From Demequinaceae bacterium (lineage in GTDB: Bacteria; Actinomycetota; Actinomycetes; Actinomycetales; Demequinaceae), in NCBI GenBank assembly GCA_965250005.1, contig OZ252279.1, positions 330,001 to 362,000 on the forward strand: a stretch of 32,000 bases of DNA. The letters run 5' to 3'. Of the stretch, positions 1 through 12,266 are shown piece by piece (position 1 is the stretch's first letter; each line of letters opens with the position of its first letter). The position numbers and the translations under genes are program-made. The notes beneath the pieces were generated by a model, which saw nothing but the letters and a program-made list of their open reading frames with translations, ran no database searches and was not told the DNA's origin.

Positions 1-423
1 CACCTGTTCGCAAGCGATCTTGTCGCGGCTGTACTGCCAATGCGGGTTTTCGAGCGGTGTCACGCCCTCGCGCACCAGGTAGTGCTGCGGCGGCTTCTGA
101 TATGCGCTCGCGGACGAGATGAAGACGTACTGGTCGGTCAGCTCACGGAACGTCTCCATGTCCTCGGCAATGTGATCCGGGGTGTAGCCGATCCACTGCA
201 CCACAGCGTCGAATATCTCTCCTCTGAGCCGCCGACCGCGCAATGAGGCTCGCAAGCCATCGGGGTCTCGCGCATCGGCCCGAATGACGTGAGCGCCTTC
301 GGGAGGAAGCGCAACAGAAGATTCCCCGCGCGTAAGCACAGTGAGATCGTGCCCTCGCTCGACCGCCAGAGCCGATGACGCCGACGAGATCACGCCAGTC
401 CCACCAATGAAGAGAATCCGCAT
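1..423 (-). CDS. NAD-dependent epimerase/dehydratase family protein, C-terminal part cut by the left window edge
   Basis: Minus-strand ATG at 423 opens MRILFIGGTGVISSASSALAVERGHDLTVLTRG, a Rossmann GxxGxxx nucleotide-binding start. The frame stays open to position 1 and includes FISSASAYQK. It is absent from the supplied track because it runs off the edge. Confidence 0.85.
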   Translation of the reverse strand, partial: MRILFIGGTGVISSASSALAVERGHDLTVLTRGESSVALPPEGAHVIRADARDPDGLRASLRGRRLRGEIFDAVVQWIGYTPDHIAEDMETFRELTDQYVFISSASAYQKPPQHYLVREGVTPLENPHWQYSRDKIACEQV

Positions 424-553
424 ACCGTCACCCTAGCCCCGCCGGGATTCATCGGCGGAACCGAGTCTGAGTTCCCTCCACCTTCGCGAAAGTGACTAAT
501 ATAACGGCGAGTTTGGTCGCCCCAAAGGGGGGTCACGCAAGTAGCGTAGGGGG

Positions 554-1399
554 ATGGCCGAAACGCATGTTGCGCTCCTGCGCAAGGAGATGAGTTCGGC
601 CCTACCCACTGACTGGCGAGACTCGGCGCCAGACGGCTACCCGCAGCAGATCGAGCTCGCATTAGTTGCTGCCGTCTTCCGCGGGGCTGACGAGCCCGAC
701 GTCGCGTTTCAGGTGACCGCCCGCTACATGCAGGCGAGGCCGGGAAAGAGACTGGACGATCTCTCCGAAATGGGCAGGATGACCACTGGAGCAATCGGAG
801 AGGCGGTCGGACCGCCGTTTGACGCGGCCTTGGCGATTGGGTCCAAGCGGCTGCGTGTGGATATTGCGGGGGACCTAGCGGCGTCACTATCCGCATTTGG
901 GGTGAAGTCCGCCCAGGACTTCCTGGCGGCGTCCCGCGAGCGCGGTCTGGCGCTCGAGAAAACCTGCACAGACGTCAGCCACTCCGGACCCAGCACGTAC
1001 TTACAGTTGGCCACGTTGTTGCGTGCCGAAGTGCGTCCGGCAGGCGAAGTCGCGAGTTGGGTGCGTGAGGCTGTACGTGAGCCAGAGATGTCCAGGAGCG
1101 CGGTGCGTACACTGCTCCGCGAGACCGCCGCCAAGTCGAGCATCGAGCCCTTTATGCTTCACTACGCAATACTGCGCATGCTCAACGAGCGCGCAGTTAT
1201 TGCAGAGTCCGCGGCGCTGGCGAGTGGCGACGTTGCCGCGAAGAAGCCCGCAGCGAAGAAGGCTCCCGCCAGGAAGTCCGCGGTGAAGAAGCCCGCAGCG
1301 AAGAAGGCTCCCGCCAGGAAGTCCGCGGTGAAGAAGCCCGCAGCGAAGAAGGCTCCCGCCAGGAAGTCCGCGGTGAAGAAGCCGTCCGCTACGAAGTAG
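554..1399 (+). CDS. Uncharacterised protein with a histone-H1-like Lys/Ala-rich C-terminal tail
   Basis: 281-aa ORF. The ordered N-terminal domain is followed by AAKKPAAKKAPARKSAV repeats. Possible remote resemblance to HhH-type DNA-binding proteins is only a guess. Confidence 0.8.
   Translation: MAETHVALLRKEMSSALPTDWRDSAPDGYPQQIELALVAAVFRGADEPDVAFQVTARYMQARPGKRLDDLSEMGRMTTGAIGEAVGPPFDAALAIGSKRLRVDIAGDLAASLSAFGVKSAQDFLAASRERGLALEKTCTDVSHSGPSTYLQLATLLRAEVRPAGEVASWVREAVREPEMSRSAVRTLLRETAAKSSIEPFMLHYAILRMLNERAVIAESAALASGDVAAKKPAAKKAPARKSAVKKPAAKKAPARKSAVKKPAAKKAPARKSAVKKPSATK
1241..1375 (+). repeat. Three exact tandem copies of a 45-bp unit (AAGAAGCCCGCAGCGAAGAAGGCTCCCGCCAGGAAGTCCGCGGTG)
   Basis: Copies at 1241-1285, 1286-1330 and 1331-1375 are identical by direct reading. 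Each encodes KKPAAKKAPARKSAV. Confidence 0.97.
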
Positions 1400-1889
1400 G
1401 GCGCGCCATCAGCGCCACGCGCACGGTTCCGTCTTTGGTGTCGTGCTCGCCGATGCGCCGGAAGCCCATGTGCTCGTGGAATGCCAGCGAACCTGGGTTT
1501 GGTGGTAACAAGTTCACCTCACACGTGATCTCGTTAGCGCCACGGTCGCGCGCACGCTGGAAGACCGATTCGTACAGCGCACGGCCGACGCCCGTCCCCT
1601 TGGCCTGTGCAGAGACGACAATCCGGTCGATGTACTGGTGTGCGACGCCGCGGGACTCGAACCAGGCATAGTTTTCGCTCGCGTACTTCTCGCCGGGGCC
1701 CAGGCTGAGCAGGAACGCGATGACGGTGCCTCCGGCATCACTTGCAACGAGCGCGACGTCGCACAATTTGTGGACTTCGGCCAGCTCGTTTTCTGCCAGT
1801 GCGTTGACGTGAGGTACGGCCGCCGAGTTGAGGATTGCGACGGCGGGCAGGTCGGCGTCGCGCATTACGCGAAGCCGAAAGTTCTGCAT
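1389..1889 (-). CDS. GNAT family N-acetyltransferase
   Basis: MQNFRLRVMRDADLPAVAILN...IDRIVVSAQAKGTGVGRALYESVFQRARDRGANEITCEVNLLPPNPGSLAFHEHMGF is a typical GNAT V/Q-x-x-G-x-G/A and C-terminal pattern. The track start is 1913; the start at 1889 is preferred. Confidence 0.88.
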   Translation of the reverse strand: MQNFRLRVMRDADLPAVAILNSAAVPHVNALAENELAEVHKLCDVALVASDAGGTVIAFLLSLGPGEKYASENYAWFESRGVAHQYIDRIVVSAQAKGTGVGRALYESVFQRARDRGANEITCEVNLLPPNPGSLAFHEHMGFRRIGEHDTKDGTVRVALMARPTS

Positions 1890-2029
1890 GGGTCTATTGT
1901 GGCGGTTTTCCACCGTTTGCGCCGCATATAGCGTGACGTGAGCCGAGCGAAATCTTGACGGACGCTGCTGGCGCGATCAGTGCGTGGACGTGCAGGCGGA
2001 CAGGGACAGGCCCGCGTTAGCCGCGATTG

Positions 2030-2635
2030 CTAGCCTGCGTCCGTGCCAGGAGCAAGATCAGCGCCGGAGTTGTCAATGCCGCAGCGATCAGCGGAGTACC
2101 TGGCGAGGTCAGAGCCGGATTCCGAAGCGCTTTGCAACAACACGAGGGTGTCCGGATCGGAGGTGATCGCGGCCAAACGCTCGCCGTAGTCTGCGAACGA
2201 CGTCGCCTCCGCAGCCGCCTGCCCCATCTTCAGCGTGACCTTCTCCGTGAAGTCCACGAAGAACTGGAGCCACGCCTTGGCCTCGTCATCGTCCGCAGCC
2301 GTCATGGCGTCGAAGTAGGCGGCGCCCTGGTGGGCGGCGTGGTCTGCGAGTGCGCGGCCGGCATCGTTCAGCGCGGTCATATCGCCCGAGGCGAAGAGCT
2401 CAGGATCGGCGAGAGCCGTGTTGAGCGCCTCCGTGGTGGTCTGGGTGTCCTCGGCATTGGTGAACGCCTCGTACATTGCGACGCAGAACTCGTCGTCGGT
2501 GTTGAGCGTGCCGCCGCCGGAACCCGGGTTGGAATTGGCGGTGGGAGTTGAGCTGGGAGTCGCTTCGACGTCGGCAGCGGGGCTGCACGCGGCAAGCGCC
2601 AGCGCAGCAATTGTCACAAGCACGAGGTTCTTCAT
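2030..2635 (-). CDS. Small secreted lipoprotein of unknown function
   Basis: [27 protein letters not shown] has a signal peptide and lipobox (LAAC). The 369-aa track ORF is an over-extended open frame; ATG at 2635 is the plausible start. Confidence 0.8.
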   Translation of the reverse strand: MKNLVLVTIAALALAACSPAADVEATPSSTPTANSNPGSGGGTLNTDDEFCVAMYEAFTNAEDTQTTTEALNTALADPELFASGDMTALNDAGRALADHAAHQGAAYFDAMTAADDDEAKAWLQFFVDFTEKVTLKMGQAAAEATSFADYGERLAAITSDPDTLVLLQSASESGSDLARYSADRCGIDNSGADLAPGTDAG

Positions 2636-2681
2636 ACGGCCATCCTGCGCTGGACTCTCGGGGGACGCAAGTTGCGAGGGC

Positions 2682-2709
2682 TGTACATTCATGCAGAAGA
2701 CCGTATAGT
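2682..2709 (+). promoter_or_regulatory. Putative argC promoter: weak -35 TGTACA (2682-2687), 16-nt spacer, -10 TATAGT (2704-2709)
   Basis: Read directly. The -10 lies 7 nt before ATG 2717, compatible with a leaderless mRNA. Confidence 0.5.
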
Positions 2710-2716
2710 TATGCAC

Positions 2717-3760
2717 ATGACCATCACGGTGGCGGTGTCCGGCGCATCTGGATATGTAGGTGGAGAAGTGCTGCGCGTGTTTGGCGACCACCCCGACGTG
2801 GAGTTTGGCGCGTTGACCGCGCACACCACCGCCGGGGACAAGTTGGGCGCGCACCAACCGCACCTGAGGGCCCTCGCCGATCGGAGCATCGTCAACACGA
2901 CGGTCGAGAATCTCGCGGGACACGATGTTGTTGTGCTCGCGCTCCCACACGGCGCGTCGGCTAAAGTCGCCGCGATGCTGCCCCCCGAAACCCTCGTGAT
3001 TGACTGTGGCGCGGACCACCGGCTGGCCAGCGCCGAGGCATGGGCGGAGTTCTACGGCGGCGCGCACGCCGGGACCTGGCCGTACGGGATGCCCGAGCTC
3101 ATTACGCCTGCGGGAACGCAGCGCGATGCCCTCGCCCAAACCCGGCGGATCGCCGTCCCCGGATGCAATGTCACTGCCGTCACGCTGGGGCTCCAGCCGG
3201 GGGTCGCCGCGGGAATCGTCGAGTCAGCTGATGTGGTCGCGGTGCTCGCGGTTGGCTACTCGGGGGCGGGCAAGAAGCTCGCAACACACCTGCTGGCGTC
3301 CGAGGGCATAGGCTCCGCCAGCGCCTACTCCGTGGCAGGCGTGCACCGGCACATCCCTGAGATCATTCAGAACCTAGAGTCGGCGGGTGCGCCCGAGGTC
3401 AAACTCAGCTTCACACCCGTGCTGGTGCCGATGGCGCGGGGAATCCACGCGACCATCACGGCCCCGCTCGTGCCGGGAACAACCGCCGCGCAGGTGCGCG
3501 CCGCCTGGCAGGACGCGTACGCACACGAACCGTTCGTTCACCTGCTGCCCGAGGGGCAGTGGCCCACCACAGCAGCCGTGCTAGGCGCCAACACCGCGCT
3601 CATACAGGTGGCCTTCGACGCCAAGGCGGGCAAAGTGGTCGCCATCTGCGCGATCGACAACCTGGTCAAGGGCACCGCAGGCGCTGCGCTCCAATCGATG
3701 AACGTGGCACTTGGGCTTCCCGAAACCACTGGCCTCAACACGAACGGAGTAGCACCGTGA
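2717..3760 (+). CDS. argC: N-acetyl-gamma-glutamyl-phosphate reductase
   Basis: [40 protein letters not shown]...[12 protein letters not shown]...[16 protein letters not shown] (catalytic Cys motif), followed by argJ and argB. Confidence 0.97.
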   Translation: MTITVAVSGASGYVGGEVLRVFGDHPDVEFGALTAHTTAGDKLGAHQPHLRALADRSIVNTTVENLAGHDVVVLALPHGASAKVAAMLPPETLVIDCGADHRLASAEAWAEFYGGAHAGTWPYGMPELITPAGTQRDALAQTRRIAVPGCNVTAVTLGLQPGVAAGIVESADVVAVLAVGYSGAGKKLATHLLASEGIGSASAYSVAGVHRHIPEIIQNLESAGAPEVKLSFTPVLVPMARGIHATITAPLVPGTTAAQVRAAWQDAYAHEPFVHLLPEGQWPTTAAVLGANTALIQVAFDAKAGKVVAICAIDNLVKGTAGAALQSMNVALGLPETTGLNTNGVAP

Positions 3761-4938
3761 CCGTCACCACCCCCCAGGGCTTCCGGGCATCCGGCGTGGC
3801 CGCGGGACTCAAGTCCACCGGCGACAAAGACGTTGCGCTGATCGTCAGCGACGGGCCGCTCCATGTCGGTGTGGGAGTGTTCACCACCAACCGCGTGGTC
3901 GCCGCACCCGTGGTGTGGTCACGGCAAGTGCTGCACGACGGCCGGGTTGACGCCGTGGTGCTCAACTCTGGCGGGGCGAACGCGTGCACCGGCCCTGACG
4001 GCTTCGAGGACACCCACACGACAGCAGAGAAGACGGCGGAGTCCCTCTACAACGCGGGGGCAGACGTGAGCGCCACCGACGTCGCTGTTTGCTCGACCGG
4101 GCTCATTGGCGTCCGGCTCGCCATGGACAAACTCATCCCCGGCGTGGACGCGGCCGTAGGCGCTCTCGACTCCAACGGCGGCATGGACGCCGCGCGGGCC
4201 ATCATGACCACGGACACTGTCGCCAAGACCGTCGCCGTCGACGGCGACGGCGACGGCTGGAGCATCGGCGGGATTGCGAAGGGCGCGGGCATGTTCGCGC
4301 CGGCGCTCGCAACCATGCTGGTGGTGCTCACCACGGACGCCGTGCTCACGGCTGTACAGGCGAAGGCCTACCTCGCGGAGGCGACCAGGCTCACGTTTGA
4401 TCGTGCCGACTCGGACGGCTGTATCTCCACCAATGACACGGTGCTGCTGCTCGCCTCCGGCGCGTCCGGCGTGACGCCCGAAGGCGCGGCGTTCGAGTCT
4501 GCCATGACTGACGCGTGTTCCCAGCTCACGCGGGCGCTGATCGCCGACTGCGAGGGCGCAAGCCACGATGTTGAAGTCACGGTGATCAACGCGACAACGG
4601 AGGATGCGGCGCTCGCGGTCGCGCGTGAGATCGCCCGGTCGAACCTGCTCAAGGCCGCAATTTTTGGCAACGACCCCAACTGGGGCAGGGTGATCGCCGC
4701 AGCCGGGGCCGTCTCGGCCGACGTCGCGCCATTCGACGCCAACCTCCTCGACGTCACCATGAATGGCATTCAGGTGTGCCGGGCCTCGGGAGTTGGTGAG
4801 GCCCGCGAGCTCGTTGACCTCACGGGCCGGGAAGTGAGCATCGTGCTCGACCTACACGCGGGCGAACAGCAGGCCACCATTTGGACCAACGACCTTACCC
4901 ACGACTACGTCCACGAGAACAGCGCGTACTCCTCATGA
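3757..4938 (+). CDS. argJ: Bifunctional glutamate N-acetyltransferase / amino-acid N-acetyltransferase
   Basis: GTG start overlaps the argC stop (GTGA). [30 protein letters not shown], ArgJ autocleavage region [21 protein letters not shown]. Confidence 0.97.
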   Translation: MTVTTPQGFRASGVAAGLKSTGDKDVALIVSDGPLHVGVGVFTTNRVVAAPVVWSRQVLHDGRVDAVVLNSGGANACTGPDGFEDTHTTAEKTAESLYNAGADVSATDVAVCSTGLIGVRLAMDKLIPGVDAAVGALDSNGGMDAARAIMTTDTVAKTVAVDGDGDGWSIGGIAKGAGMFAPALATMLVVLTTDAVLTAVQAKAYLAEATRLTFDRADSDGCISTNDTVLLLASGASGVTPEGAAFESAMTDACSQLTRALIADCEGASHDVEVTVINATTEDAALAVAREIARSNLLKAAIFGNDPNWGRVIAAAGAVSADVAPFDANLLDVTMNGIQVCRASGVGEARELVDLTGREVSIVLDLHAGEQQATIWTNDLTHDYVHENSAYSS

Positions 4939-5852
4939 ATAAAAAGATCGAGACACCAGACCTCACTCCCCGCCAGAAGGTGGGGGTCCTGATTGACGCG
5001 ATGCCCTGGATCGAGGAGTTCAAGGGTGCCGTCGTGGTCATCAAGTACGGCGGCAACGCCATGGTCGACAACGACCTCAAGAGGGCGTTCGCCCAGGACA
5101 TCGTGCACCTGAAACTGCTGGGGATTCACCCGGTCGTGGTGCACGGTGGCGGCCCGCAAATCTCAGAGATGCTGGCTAAGCTCGGCATCGATAGCGAATT
5201 CAAGGGTGGGCTGCGGGTCACTACGCCCGAGGCGATGGACGTGGTCAGGATGGTGCTGACCGGCAAGGTGTCGCAAGAGCTCGTGGGGTTGCTCAACGAG
5301 CACGGCCCCTACGCCGTGGGGCTGTCAGGCGAGAGCGCCGGGCTGCTCCAGGCTGAACGCAGGCATGCGGACGTGGACGGCAAGCAGGTGGACGTTGGCC
5401 TTGTGGGCGACGTGGTGAAGGTGAACCCCGAAGCCATCACGGACCTTATCGAAGCCGGCCGGATCCCCGTGATCAGCACCGTCGCGCCGGACATGAGCGA
5501 CCCGACAGTGGTGCTCAACGTGAATTCAGACACGGCTGCGGGCGCGGTCGCGGCGGCGCTGCGGGCCCGGAAACTCATCATCCTCACGGACGTCGACGGC
5601 CTCTATCGGGATTGGCCTGACAAGAGCAGCGTGGTGCGCAGGATCCACGCGACGGAGCTCGCCAACCTGCTTCCGAAGCTCGAGTCCGGCATGGTCCCCA
5701 AGATGGAGGCGTGCCTCAGGGCGGTCATGACGGGAGTGCCGCAGGCGCACGTCATTGACGGCCGCCAGCCGCACTCGATTCTCACCGAAATCTTCACCTC
5801 CGACGGCATCGGAACAATGGTGCGTCCCGACGACGTGGACCTGTGGGCATGA
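4935..5852 (+). CDS. argB: Acetylglutamate kinase
   Basis: [52 protein letters not shown]; ATGA overlap with argJ. Confidence 0.98.
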   Translation: MNKKIETPDLTPRQKVGVLIDAMPWIEEFKGAVVVIKYGGNAMVDNDLKRAFAQDIVHLKLLGIHPVVVHGGGPQISEMLAKLGIDSEFKGGLRVTTPEAMDVVRMVLTGKVSQELVGLLNEHGPYAVGLSGESAGLLQAERRHADVDGKQVDVGLVGDVVKVNPEAITDLIEAGRIPVISTVAPDMSDPTVVLNVNSDTAAGAVAAALRARKLIILTDVDGLYRDWPDKSSVVRRIHATELANLLPKLESGMVPKMEACLRAVMTGVPQAHVIDGRQPHSILTEIFTSDGIGTMVRPDDVDLWA

Positions 5853-7072
5853 GCGCCCCAGTAGAGGGCACCTCCGGGCTACTCCGGTACAACGACGCGC
5901 TCATGGGCACGTACGGCGAGCCGATGCGGGTGCTCGATCACGGACAAGGTAACTACGTCTGGGACACCGATGGCCGCAAATACCTCGACCTGCTTGGCGG
6001 GATCGCGGTCAACGCACTGGGCCACGCGCACCCCGCGTGGGTGGAGGCGATCTCTTCGCAGGCTGCCACACTGGCGCACGCCTCCAACTTCTTCGCCTCC
6101 GAACCTCAGATAGCGCTCGCGGAGAAACTGCTCGGTATCGCCGCGGCGCCCCCAGGCTCACGCGTATTCTTCTGCAACTCGGGCACGGAGGCCAATGAGG
6201 CCGCGTTCAAGATGGCGCGGAAGACTGGCCGGACCACCATGGTCGCGCTCGAGAATTCCTTTCACGGGCGCTCGATGGGCGCGCTCGCGCTTACCTACAA
6301 GGCCGCCGCGCGCGAACCCTTCGCACCGCTGCCCGGAGACGTCACGTTTGTCCCGATGGGAGACATCGTCGCACTCGAGGCCGCGATGGGCCCCGACGTA
6401 GGCGGGCTGATCCTCGAGCCCATCCAGGGTGAATCCGGTGTGCGGCCGCTACCGCCGGGCTATTTGGCCAGAGCCCGCGAACTGTGCGACGAGCACGGTG
6501 CGCTGCTCATTCTCGACGAGGTTCAGACCGGCATCGCGCGGACCGGCGCCTGGTTCGCGCACCAGCTCGAGGGCGTCGCGCCCGACGTCATGACGCTCGC
6601 GAAGGGGCTCGGCGGGGGATTCCCCATCGGCGCCGTCGTGGCGTTCGGATCGAATGCAGGTGGACTGCTCGTCAAGGGCGACCACGGCACCACGTTCGGG
6701 GGCAATCCGCTCGCTTGCGCGGTCGCGCTCGCCACGCTCAACACCATCGAATCTGAGGGCCTGTTGCAGCACGTCAAGGCAGTAGGCGAGCACATATGCG
6801 CGGACGTCGAGGCACTGCCGGGAGTGACAGAGGTCAGGGGCGCGGGCATGCTGCTGGGCATCGGCCTCAGCGCACCCATCGCGGCCGACGTGGTTTCCGC
6901 CGCACTCGACGCGGGATTCATTGTGAACTCGCCGGCGCCCGACACCGTCCGGCTCATCCCAGCGCTCACGCTGACCGCGGACGAGGCCGACACGTTCATC
7001 GCGTGGCTGAGCGACTACCTCGGCAAGCACCTCGCACAGAGCCAGAGCCAGAAAACGGAGGCAGCATCATGA
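5849..7072 (+). CDS. argD: Acetylornithine aminotransferase
   Basis: [64 protein letters not shown]: class III PLP aminotransferase. ATGA overlap with argB. Confidence 0.97.
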   Translation: MSAPVEGTSGLLRYNDALMGTYGEPMRVLDHGQGNYVWDTDGRKYLDLLGGIAVNALGHAHPAWVEAISSQAATLAHASNFFASEPQIALAEKLLGIAAAPPGSRVFFCNSGTEANEAAFKMARKTGRTTMVALENSFHGRSMGALALTYKAAAREPFAPLPGDVTFVPMGDIVALEAAMGPDVGGLILEPIQGESGVRPLPPGYLARARELCDEHGALLILDEVQTGIARTGAWFAHQLEGVAPDVMTLAKGLGGGFPIGAVVAFGSNAGGLLVKGDHGTTFGGNPLACAVALATLNTIESEGLLQHVKAVGEHICADVEALPGVTEVRGAGMLLGIGLSAPIAADVVSAALDAGFIVNSPAPDTVRLIPALTLTADEADTFIAWLSDYLGKHLAQSQSQKTEAAS

Positions 7073-7998
7073 CCCGTCACTTCCTGAGGGACGACGACCT
7101 CTCTCCCAAGGAGCAGCGAGCCGTCCTGAAGCTCGCGCTCCAGTTCAAACGCGACAGGTTCCACTCGCAGCCGTTCGTAGGCCCGCAGGCCGTAGCGGTG
7201 CTGTTCGATAAGCCGTCGACGCGCACTCGGGTCTCATTTGCGGCGGGAATCGCCGAGCTTGGGGGACACCCCCTGATGATCGACGCGGGCTCCTCACAAA
7301 TGGGGCGCGGCGAGTCCATCTCAGACACCGCGCGCGTTTTCGAGCGTCAAGTCAGTGCCATCGTGTGGAGGACGTTCGAGCAGGCGCGCATCGAGGAGAT
7401 GGCTGAGAACTCCAGCGTCCCCGTCATCAACGCGCTCACCAACGAGTTTCACCCGTGTCAGGTGCTCGCGGACCTAGCTGCGGTCGCCTTCACGCGCGGC
7501 GGCGTCGAGAAGCTCAAGGGTCTCACGCTGTCCTACCTTGGCGACGGCGCAAACAACATGGCGCACTCGTACCTGCTTGGCGGCGCGACTGCTGGCATGC
7601 ACGTGCGGATCGGCACGCCTCCCGAGCGGTTACCCACGCCCACGTTCGTGGAGGAGGCAAGCGCGATCGCCCAGGAAACGGGTGGGTCTGTCGCCATCAT
7701 GCATGGCCACGACGAGGCGGCAACGGGAGCAGACGTCATCGCCACGGACACGTGGGTGTCGATGGGCGATGAGGACACAGCCGCGGCCAGTACCGAGTTT
7801 TTCGAGCCGTTCCAGGTGAGCGCCCTCACGCTGGGTCTCGCCAATTCCGACGCGCAAGTGCTGCACTGCCTGCCCGCGTATCGGGGCAAGGAGATCACGG
7901 CAGACGTGATGGACGGCCCACAGAGCATCGTCTGGGACGAAGCCGAATTCCGGCTTCACGCCCAGAAGGCGCTCCTGAGCTGGCTGGTGAACAAGTGA
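7069..7998 (+). CDS. argF: Ornithine carbamoyltransferase
   Basis: [12 protein letters not shown] (carbamoyl-phosphate motif), [27 protein letters not shown]. Confidence 0.97.
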   Translation: MTRHFLRDDDLSPKEQRAVLKLALQFKRDRFHSQPFVGPQAVAVLFDKPSTRTRVSFAAGIAELGGHPLMIDAGSSQMGRGESISDTARVFERQVSAIVWRTFEQARIEEMAENSSVPVINALTNEFHPCQVLADLAAVAFTRGGVEKLKGLTLSYLGDGANNMAHSYLLGGATAGMHVRIGTPPERLPTPTFVEEASAIAQETGGSVAIMHGHDEAATGADVIATDTWVSMGDEDTAAASTEFFEPFQVSALTLGLANSDAQVLHCLPAYRGKEITADVMDGPQSIVWDEAEFRLHAQKALLSWLVNK

Positions 7999-8516
7999 CC
8001 GCCCAGACCTCCGGACCGGATTCCGCGCCCACGCAGAGCGTCCCCGCGACCAAAGCCGCGCGCCAGGCGCTCATCTGCCGCATCCTCGAATCGACCAACG
8101 TGCACTCGCAGGGGGAGCTCGCGCTGGAACTCGACGCGCAAGGACTCACGGTTACTCAGGCGACGCTGTCCCGCGACCTTGTGGACGTGGGTGCCGTCAA
8201 GGTGCGCAAGGCCGACGGCGCGCTCGCCTATGCACCCGCAGACTCGATCGAGGCGCACGAGGACACCGAAGACCGGCTAGCCCGGCTTTGCGTCGAGCTC
8301 CTCCACACGGCTGACGGCTCCGCGAACCTCGCAGTGTTGCGCACTCCATCGGGGGCGGCGCAGTATCTCGCCAGCGCGATCGACGGTCACGAGGACGCTG
8401 ACGTGGTCGGATGCGTCGCTGGCGACGACACCATCATGGTCATCACCCGTGCGCCCGACGGTGGGATGGCACTTGCCCAGAAGTTCCTGGACCGCGCGAC
8501 CGGCCCACGTCGCTGA
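7995..8516 (+). CDS. argR: Arginine repressor
   Basis: [51 protein letters not shown] wHTH domain and C-terminal [10 protein letters not shown] region. GTG start overlaps the argF stop. Confidence 0.95.
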   Translation: MTAQTSGPDSAPTQSVPATKAARQALICRILESTNVHSQGELALELDAQGLTVTQATLSRDLVDVGAVKVRKADGALAYAPADSIEAHEDTEDRLARLCVELLHTADGSANLAVLRTPSGAAQYLASAIDGHEDADVVGCVAGDDTIMVITRAPDGGMALAQKFLDRATGPRR

Positions 8517-8535
8517 ATCACCCCACTACGGCATC

Positions 8536-8558
8536 GTCTCTACGAGACCTTAAGTCTC
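8536..8558 (+). promoter_or_regulatory. Overlapping, mutually exclusive short inverted repeats between argR and argG
   Basis: GTCTC(8536-8540)-TAC-GAGAC(8544-8548)-CTTAA-GTCTC(8554-8558). The middle arm can pair with either flank. Confidence 0.3.
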
Positions 8559-8583
8559 TATGGAATTGGAAAGAAGAAAGAAC

Positions 8584-11294
<2,711 letters not shown>

Positions 11295-11344
11295 GCACAC
11301 CGGCGGCCGTGGGCGGGTTCGCCCGAGCATCTGCGGCGTGAAAT

Positions 11345-11380
11345 CGAACGGCCGGACCCCGTGAGGAGCCCGGCCGTTCG
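11345..11380. terminator. Bidirectional terminator-like hairpin between convergent argH and the 11392 gene
   Basis: CGAACGGCCGG (11345-11355) pairs perfectly with CCGGCCGTTCG (11370-11380); 14-nt loop. Confidence 0.7.
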
Positions 11381-11391
11381 CTCGCTTGCGG

Positions 11392-11700
11392 CTACTTCTT
11401 CTTGGGTTTCGCCGTTGACTTCTTGGCGACTGCCTTCTTGGCCGCGGGCTCTGCGCCAGCATCGGCCTTCTTGACGCGGCTGGCCACTAGCAGGGAAACG
11501 AGCACGACCACGCCTATGCCCAGAATCAGGCTGAAGGTGGAATCGATGCGGTCCCAAGCGGTGACGTCGAAGCCATATGAAATGACATCCCAGGTGCGCA
11601 GCAGGCTGATGAGCAGGGTTATGCCCGCGGATCCGAGGACGGCCCACAGCGTGTACTTGCGGATGCGTTCCAGCAGAGTAAATTCGGTCAAGTTCCTCAC
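11392..11700 (-). CDS. Small two-TM membrane protein with a polybasic C-terminal tail
   Basis: GTG start at 11700. MRNLTEFTLLERIRKYTLWAVLGSAGITLLISLLRTW...LILGIGVVVLVSLLVASRVKKADAGAEPAAKKAVAKKSTAKPKKK: two hydrophobic segments and a Lys-rich tail. The start directly abuts the upstream stop. Confidence 0.75.
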   Translation of the reverse strand: MRNLTEFTLLERIRKYTLWAVLGSAGITLLISLLRTWDVISYGFDVTAWDRIDSTFSLILGIGVVVLVSLLVASRVKKADAGAEPAAKKAVAKKSTAKPKKK

Positions 11701-12141
11701 CTACTTCTTCACGTGACTTGCGACGAGGAGCGACAGCAACACGGTGCCCGCGGCCGCGAGTAGTGCGCCCGCAGTCATCAGCAGTTTTCCCCAGGCGGTG
11801 GCCTCGGGGGTGCCGAAGCCAAACGCGCCGGCTCCCACAATGTCGGACATCATTCCGTCGACGTCGCCCATCATGCCGTCGAGGTCCTCGGAGTGTTCAC
11901 CGAGCAGGTCTTCGAGCGCTTCGGCATCGTCGCCCAGGAGCGCTTCGAGATCGAGGCCGTCCTCGCCAAGGAGCTCCTCGATCATCGGGCCGCCGAACGC
12001 GTCTGCAAAATCGGGGGTGTCGACAAGCGTGACCGCATTCCATATGGCCAACAGGCCAATGATTAGGGCGGTCGCGGCCGAGCCGAGCGCAACCCATAGC
12101 GACACGCGCCGGGTCTGCTCAAGCAGTGAGCCTTCCTTCAT
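11701..12141 (-). CDS. Small two-TM membrane protein with an acidic internal segment of 11-residue repeats
   Basis: ATG at 12141 is preceded by a GGAGGAAT Shine-Dalgarno. MKEGSLLEQTRRVSLWVALGSAATALIIGLLAIWNAV...LLMTAGALLAAAGTVLLSLLVASHVKK. Confidence 0.8.
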   Translation of the reverse strand: MKEGSLLEQTRRVSLWVALGSAATALIIGLLAIWNAVTLVDTPDFADAFGGPMIEELLGEDGLDLEALLGDDAEALEDLLGEHSEDLDGMMGDVDGMMSDIVGAGAFGFGTPEATAWGKLLMTAGALLAAAGTVLLSLLVASHVKK

Positions 12142-12266
12142 GATTCCTCCTTGCACAGAGGCGCGCGGCACTTCCGCGGCCCACCTTCACGGTAGCGCGC
12201 GATTTCGCGAATGTCGCTAGGGGGTGACCTTGAGTCGCGACAGGCGCGGGCGCAGCGGAGGGGACC

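Noticed and set aside
542-553. TAGCGT 6 nt before ATG 554 as a leaderless promoter
   Set aside because: The -10 matches and equals the rrn -10, but no acceptable -35 was found at 16-18 nt spacing, so it is not called as a feature.
2635-3139. N-terminal part of the 369-aa track ORF 2030-3139
   Set aside because: It is antisense to argC. The genuine product starts at the signal peptide MKNLVLV (2635).
3919-4566. 215-aa and similar long antisense ORFs across the arg genes (also 6449-7030, 8518-9612, 10794-11462)
   Set aside because: Long mirror frames are expected in high-GC coding DNA. They have arginine/alanine-rich composition and no domain motifs.
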